A stretch of DNA of 24,041 bases from Bdellovibrionales bacterium (GTDB lineage Bacteria > Bdellovibrionota > Bdellovibrionia > Bdellovibrionales > UBA1609). The position numbers and the translations under genes were made by a program. The notes beneath the pieces are model-generated. The model had not been told where the DNA came from and made no database searches. It saw only the letters and a program-made list of their open reading frames with translations. Where the stretch lies: NCBI GenBank assembly GCA_965261545.1, contig CBDHDF010000001.1:1-24041 (forward strand). Reading direction: 5' to 3'. Below, in pieces: positions 16,702 to 24,041 of this stretch; the stretch's first letter is position 1, and each line of letters begins with the position of its first letter.

Positions 16702-18492
16702 ACGGCCCTTTTTAATTTCGCGACAGCGACTATCTAGGCCCCCACTTCTTTGCACGAAGCAACTCGGTGGACAGCTTCGCTGGTCTATATAATTGGCCTC
16801 TTTTAGTTACTCTGGACTTTTGATGGTATTTTTGTCATGTATGATTCCGATACAATAAAGGATAAAGCAATAACATTATTGGAAGGTGATAAGATGAGTG
16901 GCCGTTGAATAGATTGGTAATTTTAATTCCGTGAAGTAACATGGTCTTGAGCTTTGGATCGAACCCACGCATGTACCTGCACTCTGAGTGTATGGACGTA
17001 TAGTAAGTTGACCTATTTTCGCTTTAGAATTTATGGCAAAATCCCAAGGCTCTAGTTTTATCACCTTCTTTTTTTCTAACAGAAAGGAGGAGTCATGTGG
17101 ATATTATTTATAGTTCTGTTTGTGGAATAGATGTTCATCAACATATGTTGATGTGTACGATTGTCAAAGTGGAAGACGGTAAGAAGAAGTTTTTCACAAA
17201 AGAGTTCAAGAATTTTCCAAAAAATTTTCCTAGAATGCGCTCTTGGATGAAGCCACATAAGGTTGAGAGAGTTCTTTTTGAGAGCACAGGGATTTATTGG
17301 AATTCTTTATACGATGATTTGACAGAAAAAGGTTATGAAGTAGATGTTATCAATGCCTTTCATGTCAAAAATATTACTGGTAAAAAAACTGACGTGTTGG
17401 ATAGCCAGTGGATTGCAGAGCTTGGTGCTTGTGGTCTTCTAAGAGCTAGCTTCATTCCTCCACGTGAGATTCGTTCTATTAGACTTTTGGCTCGTTATCG
17501 TACAAAAACGATCCGCCAAATATCTTCGGAACAAAATCGTATGTATAAGGTTCTTGAATATTCAGGCATTCGTTTAACCTATGCAATGTCTAAAGCTGAC
17601 TGCGTATCTGGTATGGCCATGATTCGTGCCATAGCTAATGGAGAGAGATCAGTTTCTAAATTGATGTCTCTTGCCAGAGGGTCTTTACGTCAAAAGACCG
17701 AAGAATTTTCTTACGCCCTGTCGGGAAAGATGACGGAAGAAAATCGTTTTGTTCTTCAACGCATTCTTGATCGAATAGATTTTTTGAAAAAAGAATGCTC
17801 TCAAATTGAAGAAGAACTTTTCATTCGTATGAAACCCTATGAAAGGCAGTGGCATCTACTCCAGACTATACCTGGAATTGACGAATTAAGTGCAGCGCTT
17901 TTGATTGCAGAAATAGGAGGCAATGTGTTAGCTGACAATTAAAATGCCCCACCGTCGCCAATGAAAAGTGGCCACTTTTCAGAGGAGGACCTATGGTGAT
18001 TTTTGGCATTGTCAACCGAGACGCATATAATCAATTGATATTACTCATAAAAAGGCTCCGAGCTGATAAGAACTCCTTTTGGGTTCTTGTCGACCTGGAA
18101 AGGGGCTCCGTGTTGGAGAGTCCTTCCATGACAGCCTATTCAGGTTCCATATTTCTCCTTTGTAGACTGTTTCTGGATTTCAATGAGGTTAAATATATAG
18201 TCAAGAAAAGCCTGTTTAGGCTGTGCCCATTTTCTAAAGTATTTAAATTCCACAAGATTCCAACATTTGCCTCAATTTTCATGGAATTTCTTTCTGAAGA
18301 CAGGCTTCCCTTAAAGCCGTCGCCAATTAAAATGTCCCACTTTCAATATGGAGGTTGTCGCCAATGAAAAGTGACCAATCTTCAGGGAGTGTTCAAATAC
18401 TAGACAATGAAGTCTCTTCTTCTGATATAGATACTAAGCTCACAGAGTCCCTCCCTTTTGCAACTCAAAAGGTTAGCAATGAGGAGGATCTT

Positions 18493-19959
18493 ATGATTAG
18501 TCAATACACTTTCGGCCGCATTCGTGACCTGAGTCACAGTGGTAAAAATAAGACAGAAATATCTCGTGAATTAGGGATCAATCGTAAGACGGTGCGCAAG
18601 TACTGTGAGTCCAACACCCCACCGAAGTACAAGGCGAGGTCCAAAAGAACTCGCCCAGATCCCCTTAATGGATATATGGATCGGGTGAAGTACTTTTTGA
18701 AGTTGAACCCAAGTAACACCGCCCGTGAAATATATGAGCTATTAGTTGAGGAGGGTTATCGTGGGAGTGAGAGAACGGTTCAGAGAAGAGTTTGTGAGAT
18801 TCTTGGTTCTCGCCCCAAGGAGCGTTTTTTCAGCCAAAGATATGATCCTGGAGAACAGGCTCAGTTTGATTTTAAGGAGAAGGTTGCTTTACCATTTGCC
18901 GATGGTGTTCAGATCGTTCATCTCCATTTTGGAACATTGCCTTGTAGTGGCACCTGTTGGGTTCGTGCCTACCCCTTTCTTGTCTATGAGTGTTTCATCG
19001 ATGGGGTGCATGCTTTTTTTGAAAAGATAGGTGGGATGAGTGCGAACATCCGTATTGATAATTTATCTCCCTGTGTGAAGAAAGTTCTTAAAGGAAATCA
19101 GCGAATTTACACCCAATCTTTTGATCGAGCCATCCAATACTATGGATTTAAGGTTCTTCCCTGCCGCGCAGGGAAGGGCTCTGACAAGGGAGATGTGGAG
19201 CGTGATATTCGAACCTTCAGTTCTCGGATAAAAAATATTGTTAGAAACAAAGGAATTGTTTTTAAAGACTGGGATCATTTGAATCAGTTTTTAGAGTCTT
19301 ATATGGATCAGCATCAGAGTGACTCCACCAAATCTCGCTTTGAGGAGGAGGCCAAAGTTCTTAAGCCTTTGCCTCCACGAGATGAAGATATTCTCTGTAA
19401 GGTGAATATTTGTCAAAGTAATGGTTATGGGACTTTGAGAATAGGTAAAACCACATATTCCATACCTGATGAGGTGATCCAATCTCCCTGTAAAACCGTA
19501 CAGGGTCCCTATCATGTCACGATCTATCGTGCAGGAGGGAAGCAAGAAATTGTCGCTCGCCATCAAAGAAAACCTGATGGGGAGCATAGTCTTCTTCTTG
19601 AACATATCCTTCCCTCTTTAGTTCGTAAGCCGCAAGCCATGGTAAGATGGGCTCACCGATCCATTCTTTTTCCAACAAATGTGTTTGAAAATTTTTATCA
19701 ATACCTCAAGCAACAAGATTCAAGCCGTGCCGAGCATGAATATTTAAGAGTTATCAACTTGATTCAGCATGTGAGTTGGCAGGACTTATCTACAGCCATG
19801 GAGCTTCAATTAGAAAGTCGTGAGATTTTCGACTTTAAATCCATAAAAGATTTGCTCTTAGGCAATCCCACCAAAATTAATTTGAATGACCAACAAAAAC
19901 CACTTCAACCTAGATTGTCTCAATATGACAGTCTTGTTCCAAACATAGGAGGTTCTTAA
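18493..19959 (+). CDS. istA: IS21-family transposase IstA
   Basis: Two amino-acid differences from 9103-10569. Confidence 0.95.
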   Translation: MISQYTFGRIRDLSHSGKNKTEISRELGINRKTVRKYCESNTPPKYKARSKRTRPDPLNGYMDRVKYFLKLNPSNTAREIYELLVEEGYRGSERTVQRRVCEILGSRPKERFFSQRYDPGEQAQFDFKEKVALPFADGVQIVHLHFGTLPCSGTCWVRAYPFLVYECFIDGVHAFFEKIGGMSANIRIDNLSPCVKKVLKGNQRIYTQSFDRAIQYYGFKVLPCRAGKGSDKGDVERDIRTFSSRIKNIVRNKGIVFKDWDHLNQFLESYMDQHQSDSTKSRFEEEAKVLKPLPPRDEDILCKVNICQSNGYGTLRIGKTTYSIPDEVIQSPCKTVQGPYHVTIYRAGGKQEIVARHQRKPDGEHSLLLEHILPSLVRKPQAMVRWAHRSILFPTNVFENFYQYLKQQDSSRAEHEYLRVINLIQHVSWQDLSTAMELQLESREIFDFKSIKDLLLGNPTKINLNDQQKPLQPRLSQYDSLVPNIGGS

Positions 19960-20741
19960 TGAATCACGAAGAACTTATAGGTTCTCTTAAAAAACTCCGA
20001 CTTCCAGCGATGGCGGATGAATATGTTGCAACGGCTAGAGTTGCCGAAAAAACAAAAAAGACGTATGAACAGTATTTAGGTATACTCGTTCAAAATGAGC
20101 TTGCTGACAAGCATTCCCAGAGAGTGAAAAGATTGCTTAAGGGGGCCAAGCTTCCTCAACTTAAATCACTCCAAACTTATAACTTCCAGAAAAGAACGGG
20201 AGTGACAGCTCAGCAAATTAATTGGATGGCAGAGGGAGAGTGGGTCAGAAAAGCCTGTAATGTTGTGTTTTACGGAAGCTTTGGAATGGGGAAAAGTCAT
20301 TTGGCCATGTCCCTAGTTCGTTCACTCTGTGAACAAGGCTATCGATGTTTATGGGTCACCACTCATGAACTTATTGAAACAATGCGTGAAAGCAAGAAAG
20401 AACTCTCATTGAATGCTCTTTTTAAGAAATTAGACCGTTTTGATCTTATTGCTTGTGATGAACTTGGCTATACAGCTTCCTGCACAGAGGGTGCTGATCT
20501 TTTCTTTCAATTCATATCTCAGCGATATGAAAGGAAAAGTCTCATGATCACTACAAACTTAACTTACTCTGAATGGGATAAGGTGTTTCTTAACCCTATT
20601 ACCACCGCTGCTGCTGTTGATCGAATTATTCACAACTGTGAAACCCTCAACATTGAAGGAAAAGAAAGTTGGAGAACCGAATCGGCAAAAGCCAAGTCTA
20701 AACAGAGCAAAGAGGAAAGTTCAACCAAAGAAGTTCATTAG
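19959..20741 (+). CDS. istB: IS21-family helper ATPase IstB
   Basis: Protein identical to 10569-11351. Confidence 0.95.
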   Translation: MNHEELIGSLKKLRLPAMADEYVATARVAEKTKKTYEQYLGILVQNELADKHSQRVKRLLKGAKLPQLKSLQTYNFQKRTGVTAQQINWMAEGEWVRKACNVVFYGSFGMGKSHLAMSLVRSLCEQGYRCLWVTTHELIETMRESKKELSLNALFKKLDRFDLIACDELGYTASCTEGADLFFQFISQRYERKSLMITTNLTYSEWDKVFLNPITTAAAVDRIIHNCETLNIEGKESWRTESAKAKSKQSKEESSTKEVH

Positions 20742-20768
20742 AGATCCCCACTTTTGGGGAAGGAACTC

Positions 20769-20866
20769 GCCAGTTATCCACAAAATTTATCCACAGCAGC
20801 ACTGCGTTGCTAGACATCGGGGTCACAGCCGCAGTGTCGCCATGGATAAATTTATGGATAACTGGC
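20769..20866. repeat. 98-bp palindrome with TTATCCACA boxes (copy in IS21-b copy 2)
   Basis: Identical to 11379-11476. Confidence 0.9.
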
Positions 20867-21643
20867 TTTTACCGTACTATTTGCTCGTCACTCTCGCGGA
20901 GCTTTAGACATTAGCTGCGCCAAGGAATCCTGAAAAATACTCCATTTACCTCTGCCATAGGGCTGAAGGATGCATTTGGGGTCATGCCAAAAGTGGTGGG
21001 CAGAAAATCATTCCTCAGAATCTTGTGGCATAGTCCGAGTTAAATGATGAGCAAAATAAAGACACTTGACTAAACTCTGAACGAAGAATAACTAAATCAG
21101 TACATCATCAACTGGCCGTTTTTCATTGGCGACGGCTTCTAAAAATGGCCAATTTTAATTGGCGCCTAACACAATGTGAAGTCTTTTAAAAATAAAGGAA
21201 ATTTTTGCTCCTGGATGGGGATTTGCCCATCCAATAATGAGAGCGCAGGAAAAAAAAAGTCTTCACGAACGAGGAAAGCGAACACATATGTGAAATCGTT
21301 GGTATGTGAGATGGCCAATAGTGCTATTAAGACGAATTCACAATTCAAAGGCAAATACCAATCACTTGTTATAAGGCGTGGGCACAAGAGATCAGTGATT
21401 GCCGTTGGTCACAAAATGATGGGAGTTGTTTATTCAGTCATAAGTAATGACACCCCCTACAAAGACCCTGGAATTGACTATGAAAAGCTCATGGTGAAAA
21501 AAAATGCACCAAGGTGGATTAGAGCGTTAAAAAAGTATGATTTCATGTAATGTAGGATGATTTAAAAACTCGGACATTTGAAAAAATTCGAAGAACGGAT
21601 AGTGGATTCGTGCGTCCAAACTACCCCGGAGATTCATAGTAAC

Positions 21644-23345
21644 ATTCATGGGGGCGCCTTGCTTCCCCACCCACGCCCATGAATCTTTCTAGGCCCCCAC
21701 TTCTTTGCACGAAGCAACTCGGTGGACAGCTTCGCTGGTCTATATAATTGGCCTCTTTTAGTTACTCTGGACTTTTGATGGTATTTTTGTCATGTATGAT
21801 TCCGATACAATAAAGGATAAAGCAATAACATTATTGGAAGGTGATAAGATGAGTGGCCGTTGAATAGATTGGTAATTTTAATTCCGTGAAGTAACATGGT
21901 CTTGAGCTTTGGATCGAACCCACGCATGTACCTGCACTCTGAGTGTATGGACGTATAGTAAGTTGACCTATTTTCGCTTTAGAATTTATGGCAAAATCCC
22001 AAGGCTCTAGTTTTATCACCTTCTTTTTTTCTAACAGAAAGGAGGAGTCATGTGGATATTATTTATAGTTCTGTTTGTGGAATAGATGTTCATCAACATA
22101 TGTTGATGTGTACGATTGTCAAAGTGGAAGACGGTAAGAAGAAGTTTTTCACAAAAGAGTTCAAGAATTTTCCAAAAAATTTTCCTAGAATGCGCTCTTG
22201 GATGAAGCCACATAAGGTTGAGAGAGTTCTTTTTGAGAGCACAGGGATTTATTGGAATTCTTTATACGATGATTTGACAGAAAAAGGTTATGAAGTAGAT
22301 GTTATCAATGCCTTTCATGTCAAAAATATTACTGGTAAAAAAACTGACGTGTTGGATAGCCAGTGGATTGCAGAGCTTGGTGCTTGTGGTCTTCTAAGAG
22401 CTAGCTTCATTCCTCCACGTGAGATTCGTTCTATTAGACTTTTGGCTCGTTATCGTACAAAAACGATCCGCCAAATATCTTCGGAACAAAATCGTATGTA
22501 TAAGGTTCTTGAATATTCAGGCATTCGTTTAACCTATGCAATGTCTAAAGCTGACTGCGTATCTGGTATGGCCATGATTCGTGCCATAGCTAATGGAGAG
22601 AGATCAGTTTCTAAATTGATGTCTCTTGCCAGAGGGTCTTTACGTCAAAAGACCGAAGAATTTTCTTACGCCCTGTCGGGAAAGATGACGGAAGAAAATC
22701 GTTTTGTTCTTCAACGCATTCTTGATCGAATAGATTTTTTGAAAAAAGAATGCTCTCAAATTGAAGAAGAACTTTTCATTCGTATGAAACCCTATGAAAG
22801 GCAGTGGCATCTACTCCAGACTATACCTGGAATTGACGAATTAAGTGCAGCGCTTTTGATTGCAGAAATAGGAGGCAATGTGAAGTCTTTTAAAAATAAA
22901 GGAAATTTTTGCTCCTGGATGGGGATTTGCCCATCCAATAATGAGAGCGCAGGAAAAAAAGTCTTCACGAACGAGGAAAGCGAACACATATGTGAAATCG
23001 TTGGTATGTGAGATGGCCAATAGTGCTATTAAGACGAATTCACAATTCAAAGGCAAATACCAATCACTTGTTATAAGGCGTGGGCACAAGAGATCAGTGA
23101 TTGCCGTTGGTCACAAAATGATGGGAGTTGTTTATTCAGTCATAAGTAATGACACCCCCTACAAAGACCCTGGAATTGACTATGAAAAGCTCATGGTGAA
23201 AAAAAATGCACCAAGGTGGATTAGAGCGTTAAAAAAGTATGATTTCATGTAATGTAGGATGATTTAAAAACTCGGACATTTGAAAAAATTCGAAGAACGG
23301 ATAGTGGATTCGTGCGTCCAAACTACCCCGGAGATTCATAGTAAC
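21644..23345 (+). mobile_element. IS110-family element, tandem copy C (uninterrupted, 1702 bp)
   Basis: Complete unit between GTAAC at 21639-21643 and 23341-23345; no TSD and no terminal IRs, as expected for IS110. Confidence 0.93.
22052..23252 (+). pseudogene. IS110 recombinase copy C, frameshifted in a poly-A run
   Basis: A7 at 22954-22960 versus A9 in copies A and B; restoring A9 gives a 400-aa protein. Confidence 0.85.
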
Positions 23346-23744
23346 TATTCAGGGGGTGCTGCATTAATTCGAACAATTTTTTTAAAAAAAGTATAAAAAT
23401 TCTTGACAAGTTTTTGAAGCAAACGACCTCTTTCATTTGTTCTTTATCGAATATGTTCCTGCATATGCCTTAAACTCTCTGAGAGCCATAGTATTGAAAG
23501 ATTGTGAAACATAGGTCGCGGGGGGCACTTCTCATTCCTTTTGCTTCTTAGAACGAATCCTAGTGCATTTTTTTTAATGAAAAAAAGGCATGTTAATATT
23601 TTCATAAGGTAAGTATGAAAATAGAAAATATTGACGTGTCTTCAGCCATAAATAAAATCAGGAAGCTTCTTAAGAAAGAGAAGTCCCTTTCTCCCGCTTT
23701 TATTGTGGCCATTGAGTTGTTGATCAAAATCATCACTATTCTAG
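23341..23744 (+). mobile_element. Left part of an IS66-family (ISBst12-like) element
   Basis: Starts GTAACTATTCAG (IS66 termini begin GTAA) and is followed by an IS66-like transposase N-terminus. Confidence 0.7.
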
Positions 23745-23779
23745 TTTCTGTCCAGAAAGGCCCATTTTTTGTTCTCTGA
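23615..23779 (+). pseudogene. N-terminal fragment of an IS66 (ISBst12-type) transposase, cut after ~44 codons
   Basis: MKIENIDVSSAINKIRKLLKKEKSLSPAFIVAIELLIKIITILV resembles, from memory, the segment preceding the NSxNSSxPPSxD motif; below the length cut-off of the ORF track. Confidence 0.6.
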
Positions 23780-24041
23780 CACTCCCCATTGAGCCTCCCA
23801 ATGCCTCAATGGGGGAGTGAGAGTTGGAGATTTGCCACACAAACTCTACAGATTAAGGGGAAAAAGGTCTTTAAGCGACTTGCGCCCTAGTTTTTTCGAT
23901 TTGAAGACGCACCCCTACCTTTGGAAGATTTTAGCACCTTCGACCTGGTCCATTGCTGTTATTCCTAATGGATAAATTTAGGTGACAGTTGATAATTCAT
24001 GTCTTGCCAAGACAACAAAATTATAGGCACAAACGGCATTC
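23742..24041 (-). mobile_element. Downstream end of another IS (IS5/ISNCY-like), continuing beyond the window
   Basis: Minus-strand ORF tail NAVCAYNFVVLARHELSTVT* (stop 23978-23980) resembles DDE transposase C-termini; putative end TTTCTGGACAGAAACTAG coincides with the break in the IS66 ORF. Confidence 0.5.
23780..23819. other. Strong hairpin CACTCCCCATTGAG-N11-CTCAATGGGGGAGTG
   Basis: 14-bp stem with one bulged G near the putative IS end; no clear U-tract. Confidence 0.6.

Larger units (their letters stand above)
13289..16731 (+). mobile_element. IS5-family element carrying a divergent passenger gene
   Basis: 17-bp IRs AGTCGCTGTCGCGAAAT / ATTTCGCGACAGCGACT; flanking duplication ATCT (or TATCTA if each end is 1 bp further in). 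Confidence 0.88.
17926..21171 (+). mobile_element. IS21-b copy 2 (3246 bp)
   Basis: Same ends as copy 1; 5-bp TSD CAATG (17921-17925, 21172-21176); about nine substitutions versus copy 1 by eye. Confidence 0.95.
17097..21550 (+). pseudogene. IS110 recombinase copy B split by IS21-b (17097-17925 + 21177-21550)
   Basis: Same protein as copies A and C; the insertion lies after IAEIGGN. Confidence 0.93.
13241..21643 (+). mobile_element. IS110-family element, tandem copy B (interrupted by the IS5-family element and IS21-b copy 2)
   Basis: Junction GATTCATA-GTAAC-ATTCATGGGGG at both ends (GTAAC at 13236-13240 and 21639-21643). Confidence 0.93.

Noticed and set aside
8536..21171. Two direct IS21-b copies as a composite transposon or segmental duplication
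   Set aside because: Each copy has its own distinct TSD (GATGG, CAATG), indicating independent insertions.
23404..23435. TTGACA as an IS66 promoter
   Set aside because: No acceptable -10 hexamer at 16-18 bp.

Overview
The window contains no recognisable host housekeeping gene. It is almost entirely a nested stack of insertion sequences, and most can be peeled apart exactly using terminal repeats and target-site duplications (TSDs). Left part: an IS4-family element whose transposase is fused to a DUF4338/DruA-like domain. With an IS256 fragment and a second copy of its own end, it forms a composite unit (14..3062) flanked by a 10-bp TSD. A second IS4-family element begins at 3132 and breaks off at 3871, where GTAAC appears to be the tip of an IS66-like (ISBst12-type) element whose body resumes at 23341. 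Inside that terminal repeat sit three head-to-tail copies of a ~1.7-kb IS110-family element, joined through GTAAC. Its long upstream non-coding region has candidate bridge-RNA guide segments matching the IS66 end and its own junction. The IS110 copies were later hit by two different IS21 elements (one present twice), another IS4 copy, and an IS5-family element carrying a DUF6398-like passenger gene, which is itself split by an ISKra4. Best leads: (1) an IS110 that apparently targets IS66 termini and regenerates its target, building tandem arrays; (2) a 510-codon same-strand overlapping ORF across the IS5 transposase; (3) a 98-bp palindrome containing DnaA-box sequences, shared by two divergent IS21 elements; (4) the DUF4338-IS4 fusion. 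All family calls come from motif recognition by eye, not database searches.
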